A stretch of DNA of 64,000 nucleotides, from assembly GCF_036643215.1 (NCBI RefSeq), contig NZ_JAVXSJ010000001.1, positions 219,531-283,530 of the forward strand, in the 5' to 3' direction. Positions 21,554 through 31,269 of this stretch are shown in pieces. The position numbers and the translations under genes were made by a program. Positions within the stretch are counted from its first letter, which is position 1, and each line of letters begins with the position of its first letter. The notes under the pieces were generated by a model. The model was not told the origin of the DNA, made no database searches, and was given only the letters and a program-made list of their open reading frames with translations. This DNA comes from Comamonas sp. (GTDB taxonomy: Bacteria > Pseudomonadota > Gammaproteobacteria > Burkholderiales > Burkholderiaceae_C).

Positions 21554-22783
21554 TTGAACCAGCCAGCCATCACGTACTTTGCTTTGATAGCGCCCACTTG
21601 TGTGGCGCTATTTGGGCTTGCCTTGCTGACTTGCTGGTATGTGCAGCGCCGTCAGCCGCAGGCGGTATTTCTGCTGTGGCTCAGCGGCAGTTTTATGTCA
21701 TTGGCAACGGCACTGGCCCTGCAAAGCTTGATGAGTAATGCCCAGTTGGGGCAGTTCGCACTGGCTACCGCTTGCCTGTATCTGATGGGCTGCTGGTCAC
21801 TGGCGCAAGGCATGTCTCTTCGCCTGCGAGGCAAGGGCGTCAGTGTGAGCAGTGGCTTGCTGATTGCCTCGGTCACTCTGGCCGTGCTGTTCTACTACTC
21901 GCAATTTGAGAATGATTTGCTGCTTCGCATTCAAAGTCTGGCGTTCGCCATGGCCTTGATGCAGGCACTGGCCCTGCCTGCATTTGTTCAGCTTAAGCCT
22001 GCACAGGACTGGGTAGAGAGCCTAGTTCGCTGGACCTACGGATTCAGCGTTGGTTATTCCTTGTTCAGGCCGCTAGCCGTGAGCCTGTTACCTGTGAATG
22101 AGCTGCAGGATTTGACGCGCTCGGGTTACTGGGCTTTTTCGCAAGTCGTGGCCCTGGTGTTTGCCATGCTGTTCACGGTGGGGCTGCTGGCCTGCTCGGT
22201 GAGAGACATGGTGACCAATCTGCGTGATGAGCGCAATCGCGACCCGCTCACCCGCCTGCTCAACCGCCGCGCTTTTATGGAAGCGGGTGAGTCTTTGCTG
22301 GCTGACCGTAGACTGGCTCCTTGGGCGCTGGTGGCGGTGGACATTGATCACTTCAAACGCATCAATGACAACTGGGGCCATGCGGCAGGTGATCAGGTTT
22401 TGGTTCAACTGGGCCAGTTGCTACCGCTGCAGGTGCGAGATAAAGATCTGGTTGCCCGTTTTGGTGGCGAAGAATTCATCTTGCTGCTCAACCGCGTGCA
22501 GATGAGCGAGGCTCATGCCATTGTGGATCGAGTACGGGTGCAGATGAGTGCCCATGCGTTTGACCATCTGCCAGAGCGTATTCGCATGACGGCCAGCTTT
22601 GGCATCGTGCCAGTGCGCTCTGCCGAAGAACTGGCCGAGGCACTGTGCCAGGCAGATGCGTTGCTCTATGCCGCAAAGGGGGCGGGCCGGGACTGCGTGC
22701 AGGCTGCGATGACAGCTGCCAAACCCGTTGATGATGAACGCGAAGCTATTGAATCAGTAGCTAATGCCGCTTTATCTGCATAG
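21554..22783 (+). CDS. Membrane-bound diguanylate cyclase
   Basis: About 7 hydrophobic segments, then DPLTRLLNRR, DIDHFKRIND.WGH..GD, RxxD I-site (RDKD) and GGEEF. Confidence 0.9.
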   Translation: MNQPAITYFALIAPTCVALFGLALLTCWYVQRRQPQAVFLLWLSGSFMSLATALALQSLMSNAQLGQFALATACLYLMGCWSLAQGMSLRLRGKGVSVSSGLLIASVTLAVLFYYSQFENDLLLRIQSLAFAMALMQALALPAFVQLKPAQDWVESLVRWTYGFSVGYSLFRPLAVSLLPVNELQDLTRSGYWAFSQVVALVFAMLFTVGLLACSVRDMVTNLRDERNRDPLTRLLNRRAFMEAGESLLADRRLAPWALVAVDIDHFKRINDNWGHAAGDQVLVQLGQLLPLQVRDKDLVARFGGEEFILLLNRVQMSEAHAIVDRVRVQMSAHAFDHLPERIRMTASFGIVPVRSAEELAEALCQADALLYAAKGAGRDCVQAAMTAAKPVDDEREAIESVANAALSA

Positions 22784-22806
22784 GCTAAAGGCCTGTTTGA
22801 CTCAGA
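22744..22806 (-). repeat. REP-like palindrome copy encoding the cyclase C-terminus
   Basis: Reverse complement tcaaacaggcctttagcctatgcagataaagcggcattagctactgattcaatagc. Confidence 0.7.
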
Positions 22807-22808
22807 AA

Positions 22809-23453
22809 TCAAACTTTGGGATTTTGCGGTCTGCGTCGCGGTTGAATGGGAACGGTGCTTTCCCATACCGCCATGTGCGCGTAAATCACGGCCGGTGCAT
22901 GGGCATCATTGGCCGCATAGCGCCGCTGGGCTGGAGTCAGGTCTATCGCCGCCCAGTTGGACGTGGTGGTGCGCTTGGACTTGCGAAAGCTTTGTTTGAG
23001 CACCAGCGCTGCAGCCGCCCGCACACCCACTGATGCGCCATATCCCAGTTGCTTGAAGCGGCTGTCCAAGTCTTGAATATTCATCAGCGGCACGCCCAGT
23101 CTGCGGGGTAGAGTGTGTTTGTCATTGTCCAGTCCAAAGCCGACTTTGCAGATATGTTCAGCGATCAGCACCTTGCGTGACAGCTCAAGGGCCATGGGCA
23201 GGTGCAGTTGCAGCAGCCAGGCTTGTTGCGTCGTCGCGAGCTGCACCAGGTGAGGGCCGCTGTCATGCTGGCCCACGTTGAAAAGTGGTTTGCTCTCCGT
23301 ATCAAAGCCCAGAACCGGCTCGGCGTTGATGGAACGAAACGCGGCCTCAAATTCAGCCTCTGTCTGGGGGATATGGATTGCTTGCTCTGGCAGTTCCAAA
23401 AACTGGGGAAGCAGGGCGCTTTCGTCCTTGTTAGGGGCAATGAGTCTGTGCAT
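22809..23453 (-). CDS. DnaQ/RNase D-like 3'-5' exonuclease
   Basis: ExoI GFDTES, LVQLAT, ExoIII YAANDA. Confidence 0.85.
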   Translation of the reverse strand: MHRLIAPNKDESALLPQFLELPEQAIHIPQTEAEFEAAFRSINAEPVLGFDTESKPLFNVGQHDSGPHLVQLATTQQAWLLQLHLPMALELSRKVLIAEHICKVGFGLDNDKHTLPRRLGVPLMNIQDLDSRFKQLGYGASVGVRAAAALVLKQSFRKSKRTTTSNWAAIDLTPAQRRYAANDAHAPAVIYAHMAVWESTVPIQPRRRPQNPKV

Positions 23454-23478
23454 GACGGTGATTACACACCAGCTTCTC

Positions 23479-23579
23479 TTATCCCCAGTACATGTGGGCT
23501 GGCCTGTGGGTAAATAGAGGCAAAACCTTTCAAAGCCTTTGCTGGTAACGCTTTGAAAGGAGTGCCTTAAAAATAGGCG
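23479..23579 (+). repeat. 101 bp dispersed element, copy A (TTATCCCC...TGTGG...TGTGG...GCTTTG...AAAAATAG.CG)
   Basis: Aligns without gaps to 49060-49160 (59/101 identical by hand count). Confidence 0.7.
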
Positions 23580-23582
23580 ATA

Positions 23583-24365
23583 TCAGCAGCGCACAAATGC
23601 GGGAGTCCGCTTTTCCAGAAAGGCGTTGACGCCTTCAAGGCTGTTGGCTGCGCCCGCGCAGACGCTGATCGCGTAGCGTTCTGCTTCAAGGTGGGCTTGC
23701 AAAGCATGGTCGTGAGCCTCGTCGCAGAGCTTTTTGATATGGGCCAGCGAGTTGGTAGAGCCTGCCGCCAGTTCCTCGGCGAGTTGCAGCGCCTGTGCAG
23801 CCAGTGCATCTGGCTCGTGCAGCTCATCAAATATGCCCATGCGCAGGCACTCCTGAGCCGATGCCGGGCGATTGCTCATCAGTAGATATTTGGCGCGAGA
23901 AGCACCAGCGCGGCGCGTGAGGTAGTAGGACGAACCCAGATCGGGGCTGAGGCCAATGGCGGAGTAGCCACCGCGCAAGAACACCTTGGTTGAGGCCAGC
24001 ACGATATCGGCGCACAGACCTATGCCAATACCGCCGCCGCCCAGCGCGCCTTGAATGGCGCTGATGACGGGGATGGGCAGTGTGGCCAGCGTGTGCATGG
24101 TGGGGTTGAGCACAGCCAGAATTTCATGGATGGTTTGCGGCAGGCGATCCCGGTTCTGCACAAATTCGCGGATATCGCCGCCCACGCAAAACTGTTTGCC
24201 CGTCGCTGAAATCAGAATCGAACCAACGTCAGCCACGCGGGCCTGCGCTACGACGCCTGCCAGTGCATGTGCCATGGGCGTGCTGATGACATTACCCAAC
24301 TCGGGCTGGTTCAGCACGACATGACCCACGCCGTTGCGCTCTTTCCAGAGGACGAGATCAGACAT
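23583..24365 (-). CDS. Enoyl-CoA hydratase/isomerase family protein
   Basis: FCVGGD, ISAIQGALGGGG, IGLSPDLG crotonase motifs. Confidence 0.88.
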   Translation of the reverse strand: MSDLVLWKERNGVGHVVLNQPELGNVISTPMAHALAGVVAQARVADVGSILISATGKQFCVGGDIREFVQNRDRLPQTIHEILAVLNPTMHTLATLPIPVISAIQGALGGGGIGIGLCADIVLASTKVFLRGGYSAIGLSPDLGSSYYLTRRAGASRAKYLLMSNRPASAQECLRMGIFDELHEPDALAAQALQLAEELAAGSTNSLAHIKKLCDEAHDHALQAHLEAERYAISVCAGAANSLEGVNAFLEKRTPAFVRC

Positions 24366-25921
24366 CAGGCGACCTTTCTTTCTTGATGCGCCCAGAACGG
24401 GGCGCGTAGCGTGGTCTTGAGAATCTTGCCTGCGCCAGACAGCGGCATGGCCTCGACAAAAGACACTTCACGCGGGCACTTGTAGCTGGCGATGCGAACC
24501 TTGCAAAAATCAATCAACTCTTCGGCCTCCAGCGCCTGCCCTGGCTTGCGCACGATGAAGACATGCACTTGTTCGCCCCATTGCTCATGCGGCGTGCCGA
24601 TGACGGCGCAGGCTGCTACGGCCGGGTGGGTGGCAATCACGCTTTCCACTTCAATGCTGTAGACGTTTTCGCCACCGGTGACGATCATGTCCTTGATACG
24701 GTCTACGACGAAAACATAGCCGTCTTCATCCATGCGCCCACCGTCACCGGTGTGCATCCAGCCGTTGCGGATGGCAGCCGCAGTTTCTGCCGGCTTGTTC
24801 CAGTAGCCGAGCATGACACCCGGGCCACGCACGACGACTTCACCCACTTCGCCGCGCGGCAGCTCATTGCCTTCGGGGTCGACAATGCGTACTTCGGTGC
24901 AGACCGTGGCGCGGCCTGCGCTGCGATGCCAGCCCTTGGCGCGGCCTTTCTCGCGGTGCATTTCGGGTTTGAGGATGGTGGCAACGGGCGACAGTTCTGT
25001 CATGCCGTAGGCCTGAATAAAGCCTGCATGAGGAATGGCCTTCATGGCGCGGTCCAGCAGCCCTTCTGAGATGGGTGAGGCCCCGTACAACATCTGCTGC
25101 AGGGAGCTCAGGTCGTATTGCTGGATATCTGGGTGATCCACCAGCATCTGAATCATGGTGGGGACCAGCAGCATGTCTGTCACGCCGTGGGCGGCGATGG
25201 CTTGCAACACACCAATCGGGTCAAAACGCGGGAGCATGACGTGGCAGCAGCCTGCGGCAAACAGGGCATTCATGAAGGCACCATCGGCCAGGTGGAACAT
25301 GGGGGCGGCATGCAGGCCAATGCTGCCGCGCCGGACGGTACCTTCGGCCACGCCCAGAATCGAGTTGGTGTAGAGGTTGCCATGACTGAGCATCACGCCC
25401 TTGGGCGAGCCTGTGGTGCCGCCGGTATAGAACACCCCAGCCAGATCATTGCCGCTGCGCATGGCATCTTCGACAGGCGCAGCTTCGGCAACCAGCGCTT
25501 CATATGACCGCATGCCTTGCGGCGCTGCGCCGTCGCCCAGATGAATCAGCGTCTTTAAAGCGCTGGAGAGCTTTTTGATCTCTGGGGTGAGGGGCGCAAA
25601 CGTATCGTCCACCAGCAGGATACGGGTCTCGCAATCGTCCAGAGAGTAGGCGATCTCGGCCGCGCTCCATCGGATATTGATGGGGTTGACCGCCGCGCCC
25701 GCCCAGTAGCTGGCCATGTAGTACTCCAAATACCAGTCAGAGTTCAGGCTCAGAATGCCGACCCGGTCACCGGGCTGCACACCCAGTGTTCGCAGAGCAC
25801 CGGCAAAGCGGGCGACACGGTCGCCCAGTTGCGTAAAGCTGCGTTTGCGCCCGTTGTAAATGCTGGCGGTGGCATTGGGAGACTGTTGAATGGCACGGCG
25901 CAGACTTTGAGTGAGGTACAT
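24365..25921 (-). CDS. Long-chain acyl-CoA synthetase
   Basis: YTGGTTGSPKG, YGMTE, TGD, DRIKDMIVTGGEN, GKILK adenylate-forming motifs. Confidence 0.9.
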   Translation of the reverse strand: MYLTQSLRRAIQQSPNATASIYNGRKRSFTQLGDRVARFAGALRTLGVQPGDRVGILSLNSDWYLEYYMASYWAGAAVNPINIRWSAAEIAYSLDDCETRILLVDDTFAPLTPEIKKLSSALKTLIHLGDGAAPQGMRSYEALVAEAAPVEDAMRSGNDLAGVFYTGGTTGSPKGVMLSHGNLYTNSILGVAEGTVRRGSIGLHAAPMFHLADGAFMNALFAAGCCHVMLPRFDPIGVLQAIAAHGVTDMLLVPTMIQMLVDHPDIQQYDLSSLQQMLYGASPISEGLLDRAMKAIPHAGFIQAYGMTELSPVATILKPEMHREKGRAKGWHRSAGRATVCTEVRIVDPEGNELPRGEVGEVVVRGPGVMLGYWNKPAETAAAIRNGWMHTGDGGRMDEDGYVFVVDRIKDMIVTGGENVYSIEVESVIATHPAVAACAVIGTPHEQWGEQVHVFIVRKPGQALEAEELIDFCKVRIASYKCPREVSFVEAMPLSGAGKILKTTLRAPFWAHQERKVA

Positions 25922-25971
25922 GGCAAGCCTTTCGGGGCACAGGGGTTAGAGAGTCGTTGAGTGAATTCCGG

Positions 25972-27132
25972 TCAGCGGGCGAACAGGCGTCTGGCGATCA
26001 GGTCCTTCATGATTTCATTGGTGCCGCCGTAGATTTTCTGAATGCGGGCGTCGGTGTACATGCGTGCAATGGGGTACTCCTCCATGAAGCCGTAGCCGCC
26101 AAACAGCTGCAGGCATTCATCCATGACCTTGCATTGCTGCTCGCTGCACCACCACTTGGCCATATAGGCGGCTTCGTTTTCCAGCGTGCCATCGAGCAGG
26201 CGCTGTATGCAGTCATTCACAAAGCTGCGCACCACATGGGCGGTGGTCGCGCACTCGGCCAGCTTGAAGCGCGTGTTCTGAAAGTCAGCAATCGTCTGGC
26301 CGAAGGCTTTGCGCTGCTGGGTGTAGTCCACCGTCAGTTCCACGGCCATTTCAATCGCGGTGGCGGCTGAGACGGCCAGCAGCGTTCGCTCATAAGGCAG
26401 CTGGCTCATCAGTTGCTTGAAGCCCTGACCTTCTGTGCCGCCCAGCAACTGGGCTGCAGGAATGCGCAGATCTTCAAAGAACAACTCTGCCGTGTCTGAA
26501 ATATGCTGACCAATCTTGTGAAGCCTGCGGCCCACGCGAAAGCCCGACAGGTTTTCAGTCTCCAGCACCATCAGCGAGACACCTGAGCTGCCCGCATCGC
26601 CAGTGCGCAGAGCCACCACCAGCAAGTTGGCTGTGTAGCCATTGGTGATAAAGGTCTTGGAGCCGTTGATGACGTAATGATCCCCATCGCGCTGGGCGCG
26701 GCTGGTCATGGCTTTGAGGTCAGAGCCAACGCCGGGCTCCGTCATGGCAATGCCAGCCAGCATTTCACCGCTGCATAGTTTGGGCAGCCAGCGCTGCTTT
26801 TGTGCATCGGTTCCGTAGGTCTTGATGTAGTGCGATGCAATGGTATGAACGCTGGTGGAGCCGTGGACTTCGGCCTTGGTCAGCTCTTCTTGCACCACCA
26901 GCTGATAGGCCAGATTGCCACCGCCACCGCCCCATTGCTCATCCATCTCGGGCAGCAGAAATCCATGCTCGCCAAACCCGCGCCAGGTCTCGCGCGGTAT
27001 ATAGCCTTGTGCGCGCCAAGCGGGGACATGGGGTGTGAGTTCGCGTTCCACATAGCGACGGACCTGCTCACGGAAGGACTCGATATCGGCATCCATCCAC
27101 GCATGCTGAAGTACCCTGGGCAAGATGCTCAT
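25972..27132 (-). CDS. Acyl-CoA dehydrogenase
   Basis: IAMTEPGVGSD, NGSKTFITNG, QLFGGYG, IYGGTNEIM. Start refined to MSILPRV. Confidence 0.92.
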   Translation of the reverse strand: MSILPRVLQHAWMDADIESFREQVRRYVERELTPHVPAWRAQGYIPRETWRGFGEHGFLLPEMDEQWGGGGGNLAYQLVVQEELTKAEVHGSTSVHTIASHYIKTYGTDAQKQRWLPKLCSGEMLAGIAMTEPGVGSDLKAMTSRAQRDGDHYVINGSKTFITNGYTANLLVVALRTGDAGSSGVSLMVLETENLSGFRVGRRLHKIGQHISDTAELFFEDLRIPAAQLLGGTEGQGFKQLMSQLPYERTLLAVSAATAIEMAVELTVDYTQQRKAFGQTIADFQNTRFKLAECATTAHVVRSFVNDCIQRLLDGTLENEAAYMAKWWCSEQQCKVMDECLQLFGGYGFMEEYPIARMYTDARIQKIYGGTNEIMKDLIARRLFAR

Positions 27133-27134
27133 AT

Positions 27135-27965
27135 TCACACTCCTGTCAGGCCGCCAGTACACATCAGGGTCTGGCCGCTGATGTAGTCCGACTCGGGTTG
27201 GCAAAACAGATAGACGGCACCAGCTGCTTCTTCAGGGGTGCCGCCACGGCCTAGCGGGATGGCCTGCTCCATGGCCGCCATCAGTCCAGGGTTCACGCCC
27301 ACTTTGATCTCTCGACCTTCAATATTGGCGGTCTCGCCTGCTGCCGCGGAGTTGGTCAGGCGCGTCTTGATGAGGCCAAAGGCCACGCAGTTCACGTTAA
27401 CGTTCAGGCGGCCCCATTCCTTGGCCAGCGTCATCGTCAGGCCCGTGATGCCGGCTTTGGCGGTGGAGTAATTTGCCTGCCCCGGATTGCCGAACAGACC
27501 GGCCACAGAGGAGATGTTGACCACCTTGCGCATGACACGTTGGCCTGCATCCATTTCGGATTTGGACAGCGCCTTGATGACGGGCTGGGCCGCCCGCAGT
27601 ATGCGAAATGGTGCGGTCAGGTGGCAGTCCAGCATGGCGTACCACTGCTCGTCTGTCATCTTCTGGATCACGTTGTCCCAGGTATAGCCTGCGTTGTTGA
27701 TGATGATGTCCAGACCCTTGAATTCCTGCACGGCGGTGCCCACAAAGCGCTCGGCAAAGTCGGTATGGGTGACATTGCCCACGCAGGCCACGGCTTCGCC
27801 GCCCATCTCGCGGATCAATGCGATGGTTTCTTCGGCGGGTTCGGTATCCAGATCGTTGATGACCAGTCTTGCTCCTTCACTGGCCAGCTTGAGCGCGATG
27901 CTGCGGCCAATGCCGCGCCCCGAACCTGAAACCAGAGCCACTTTGCCTTCGAGTTTTCTTGCCAT
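27135..27965 (-). CDS. SDR oxidoreductase (3-oxoacyl-CoA/ACP reductase-like)
   Basis: SGSGRGIG, NNAG, YSTAK catalytic motif. Confidence 0.9.
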   Translation of the reverse strand: MARKLEGKVALVSGSGRGIGRSIALKLASEGARLVINDLDTEPAEETIALIREMGGEAVACVGNVTHTDFAERFVGTAVQEFKGLDIIINNAGYTWDNVIQKMTDEQWYAMLDCHLTAPFRILRAAQPVIKALSKSEMDAGQRVMRKVVNISSVAGLFGNPGQANYSTAKAGITGLTMTLAKEWGRLNVNVNCVAFGLIKTRLTNSAAAGETANIEGREIKVGVNPGLMAAMEQAIPLGRGGTPEEAAGAVYLFCQPESDYISGQTLMCTGGLTGV

Positions 27966-27994
27966 CTTTATCTCCGTTGATTTCTTCAGGGGCT

Positions 27995-28408
27995 TCAGGG
28001 AAGGGCGACCCAGGCATCCCCTGCGATCTTGGTCTGGCCATGCTGGTTGGTGCTTTGCACCTCGATACGTACGCAGCGGTCGGCATCACGCTTTTCGGCC
28101 ACGTGGCCGCTGCAGTGAATGGCATTGGTCAGATGGGTAATGCCCAGAAAGCGCACGTCAAATTGGCGCAGTTGCGACTGGGGTGCCCATTGGGTGATGA
28201 GGCGGCCCAGCCACGCCATGCTCAGCATTCCTTGTGCAAAGACATCGGGCATGCCAGCCTTGCGGGCAAAGTCGGTATCGATATGAATGGGGTTGTGGTC
28301 GCCAGATGCCCCGGCAAACAAGGCCAGAGTCGTGCGACTGATGGGCGGGAGGTTCAGCGCGGGCAGGGTGTCGCCCACCTGAATTTCATCAAAACGTGGA
28401 GTGCTCAT
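27995..28408 (-). CDS. MaoC-family (hot-dog) dehydratase subunit
   Basis: FAGASGDHNPIHID hydratase-2 motif. Confidence 0.88.
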   Translation of the reverse strand: MSTPRFDEIQVGDTLPALNLPPISRTTLALFAGASGDHNPIHIDTDFARKAGMPDVFAQGMLSMAWLGRLITQWAPQSQLRQFDVRFLGITHLTNAIHCSGHVAEKRDADRCVRIEVQSTNQHGQTKIAGDAWVALP

Positions 28409-28422
28409 GTTGTCTGTTCTCC

Positions 28423-28863
28423 TTAGTTACGAACCACAATGACGGTGCGCATCTCCGCCACGAGCTGCTCGTGCTGATTGGTGGCACGTGAGGACTTGAC
28501 GATGAATTCCAGCGCTCCGTTCTTCTTGTCATAGATGTCATCCACCTGGGAGCGCACGGTGATGGTGTCGCCCGCGCAGGCACTCTGGTGGTAGCAAAAG
28601 CTTTGCTCGCCGTGCAAAATTTTGGCAATCGGTACCTCCAGCTTTTGCAGCAACTGATCGCTGGCACCGCTGTCCAGCTCGGCGGCGAACAGAAAAGTAG
28701 GCGGCGCAGGCAGGTCGGCGTAGCCAGCGGCGCGAGCGGCTTGCACATCGGTATAGACGCTGCTGGTTTCGCCAATGGCCTTGGCAAAAAAGCGCAGGCG
28801 GCTGCGGTCAATAGTCAGCTCTGATGTGGGGAGTTTGAAACCTATCCATCTTTTGTCGATCAT
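28423..28863 (-). CDS. MaoC N-terminal-like / FAS1-like dehydratase subunit
   Basis: FAKAIGE, APPTF, ILHGEQSF; adjacent to the catalytic MaoC gene. Confidence 0.82.
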   Translation of the reverse strand: MIDKRWIGFKLPTSELTIDRSRLRFFAKAIGETSSVYTDVQAARAAGYADLPAPPTFLFAAELDSGASDQLLQKLEVPIAKILHGEQSFCYHQSACAGDTITVRSQVDDIYDKKNGALEFIVKSSRATNQHEQLVAEMRTVIVVRN

Positions 28864-28873
28864 GGCCAGCCCT

Positions 28874-30058
28874 TCAGACGCGTTCATACAGAGTCACCAC
28901 GCACGCGCCGCCCAGCCCCAGGTTGTGCTGCAGGGCAAGGCGGGCGTTCTCCACCTGGCGTTGCTCGGCACGGCCGCGCAGTTGCTGAACCAGCTCTGTG
29001 CATTGCGCCAGACCGGTTGCGCCCAGAGGGTGGCCTTTGGATAACAAACCGCCCGAGGGGTTGGTCACAAACTGGCCGCCATAGGTGTTGTCGCCATCGC
29101 AGACAAATTTTTCGGCGCCGCCCACGGGGCACAGGCCCAGCGCTTCATAGGTCAGCAGCTCGTTATGAGCAAAGCAGTCGTGCAGCTCCACCACATTCAA
29201 ATCTTTGGGGCTGATGCCGGCCTGCTCATAAACTTGATTGGCGGCAGCTTGAGCCATGCTGAAGCCGACCACTTCGCGCATATCGTGGGAATCAAAAGTC
29301 TTGCGGCTGTCCGTGGTCATGGACTGGGCGCGAATGCGCACGCTGCGGTCCAAGCCATGCTTGCGCGCATAGCTCTCTGACACGAGCAGCGCAGCCGCTG
29401 CGCCGCAGGTGGGAGGGCAGGCCATGAGGCGGGTCATGACACCAGGCCACATCACGGGCGATGCCATGACTTCTTCTTCTGTCACTTCGGTGCGGAACAG
29501 TGCTAGCGGGTTGCGCGTTGCATGGCGGCTGGCTTTGGCGCGAATTTTGGCAAATGTGGACAGCTTGGTGCCGTACTGATCCATGTGAGTCTTGCCTGCA
29601 CCGCCAAAGTAGCGCAGAGCTAGCGGCACGCCATTGTCGCCAACCAGTGCATCGGTCTCGGCTTCAAACAGATCGAATGGGCTGGGTCTGTCGTTAAAGA
29701 CGGAGCTCAGTGCGCCGGGAGTCATCTGCTCAAAGCCCAAAGCCAGTACGCAGTCTGCCGCGCCGCTGGCCACGGCCTGGCGTGCAAGATACAGCGCGGT
29801 AGAGCCGGTGGAGCAGTTGTTGTTGACATTGACGATGGGAATGCCCGTCATGCCGACCTCATACAGCGCACGCTGGCCCGAGGTCGAGTCGCCATAGACA
29901 TAGCCCACATAGGCTTGTTGCACTGCGTCATAAGCGACGCCTGCATCGGTCAGCGCCAAGCCTGTGGCGGTCGCCGCCATCTGGTAGTAGAGATCGCTCT
30001 TTCCGGGTTTTGCGAAGGGAATCATGCCAACGCCGGCAACAAACACATCACGACTCAT
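28874..30058 (-). CDS. SCP2-type thiolase ('lipid-transfer protein')
   Basis: NVNNNCSTGS (catalytic Cys), VELHDCF, SKGHPLGATG. Start refined to MSRDVFVAG. Confidence 0.9.
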   Translation of the reverse strand: MSRDVFVAGVGMIPFAKPGKSDLYYQMAATATGLALTDAGVAYDAVQQAYVGYVYGDSTSGQRALYEVGMTGIPIVNVNNNCSTGSTALYLARQAVASGAADCVLALGFEQMTPGALSSVFNDRPSPFDLFEAETDALVGDNGVPLALRYFGGAGKTHMDQYGTKLSTFAKIRAKASRHATRNPLALFRTEVTEEEVMASPVMWPGVMTRLMACPPTCGAAAALLVSESYARKHGLDRSVRIRAQSMTTDSRKTFDSHDMREVVGFSMAQAAANQVYEQAGISPKDLNVVELHDCFAHNELLTYEALGLCPVGGAEKFVCDGDNTYGGQFVTNPSGGLLSKGHPLGATGLAQCTELVQQLRGRAEQRQVENARLALQHNLGLGGACVVTLYERV

Positions 30059-30172
30059 GAACAGCTCCTTGAAAACAGTGGGGCAACACAACGCATCGTA
30101 GAAATTACTGATGCGCAAACCCATTGCGGAGCGCATCTTTCATATGTCAAAAAACCTCAAAGTGATGTGCGC

Positions 30173-31192
30173 ATGACCCGTTCTTCAGTTATTCCCTTTA
30201 CGGTGTCCATGGCGCTGGTGCGCGGTATTGCTGCGGGTGTGAACCGGCGCGGGTTTGAGTACGACCGATTGCTGCAACGCGCAGGCATTGCGCCTGAACT
30301 GCTGGAGCAGGAGGGCGCACGGGTCACTGCCGACCAATATGTGGCGCTGATGTGGCGAGTGGTGGAGACCTTGGGTGATGAGGCCATGTGCCAGTTCTCG
30401 CGCCCGTTAAGAAGGGGGAGTCTGGAGCTGATTGCCCGCCATGCGCTAGCCGGTGAAACGCTGGAGGCCTCACTCAGGCGCATGTGCCAGGCGCTTTCTT
30501 TGCTGCAGGATGACGTAGCAATATCGCTGGTGCGAGATGGCTCTCTGGCAGGCATTGTGATTACGCCGCTGCCTAACCAGCCGCAGCCCAATTTTCTGCA
30601 CGAATTTTCTCTGCGCGTGCTGTGGCGTGTTACGTCCTGGTTGATGGGCGGCTCGCTCAAGGTGCAGCGCTTTGACTTTGCGTTTGCGCAGCCCGATTAC
30701 GTGAACGATTACGGCGACACCTTTCCTGCACCACTGCAGTTTGGTCTGCCTGCATCGGCCTTCTGGTTTGATGCCCGAAAGCTGTCACGCCCCTGCAGTC
30801 GTGATGAGCAGGCGCTGAGAAATTTTGTAGCCAGCTGGCCTGCAGCGGCCATCATGCCCTCGCGCATGGGGGAGGGCATGGATGCCCGAGTACACACCCA
30901 TCTGCTGCAGTCGCGCCCGGGCTGGGCGGGGCTGGAATCTACGGCGCTGGCGCTGCACATGTCGGCGCCTACGCTGCAGCGCAAACTGGCGGCCGTCGGC
31001 ACCACGTTTCAGGCCATCAAGGATGAGCTGCGCCGCGATATTGCGGTGTCCAGGCTGGGGACCAGCAAGGTCAGTTTTTCAGCGCTGGCGGCAGACCTGG
31101 GTTTTGCCGATGCTGCGGCTTTTCAGCGGGCGTTCAAGACATGGACGGGCAGCTCTCCGGGTCTGTACCGCGCCCGCCCTGTAGTGGACTGA
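30173..31192 (+). CDS. AraC-family regulator (OruR-like N-terminal domain), divergent from the thiolase operon
   Basis: C-terminal dual HTH (ALHMSAPTLQRKL; LGFADAAAFQRAFKTWTG.SP). Start refined to MTRSSV. Confidence 0.88.
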   Translation: MTRSSVIPFTVSMALVRGIAAGVNRRGFEYDRLLQRAGIAPELLEQEGARVTADQYVALMWRVVETLGDEAMCQFSRPLRRGSLELIARHALAGETLEASLRRMCQALSLLQDDVAISLVRDGSLAGIVITPLPNQPQPNFLHEFSLRVLWRVTSWLMGGSLKVQRFDFAFAQPDYVNDYGDTFPAPLQFGLPASAFWFDARKLSRPCSRDEQALRNFVASWPAAAIMPSRMGEGMDARVHTHLLQSRPGWAGLESTALALHMSAPTLQRKLAAVGTTFQAIKDELRRDIAVSRLGTSKVSFSALAADLGFADAAAFQRAFKTWTGSSPGLYRARPVVD

Positions 31193-31225
31193 AGCTGCCG
31201 AAAACCCTTGAGTAAAAGCCCTAGA

Positions 31226-31257
31226 TATTTTTACCAAACAAATGATTGGTAAAAATA
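31226..31257. promoter_or_regulatory. Perfect 12 bp inverted repeat, probable TetR operator
   Basis: TATTTTTACCAA-ACAAATGA-TTGGTAAAAATA directly upstream of the tetR gene. Confidence 0.7.
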
Positions 31258-31269
31258 AAAAATGCCGAT

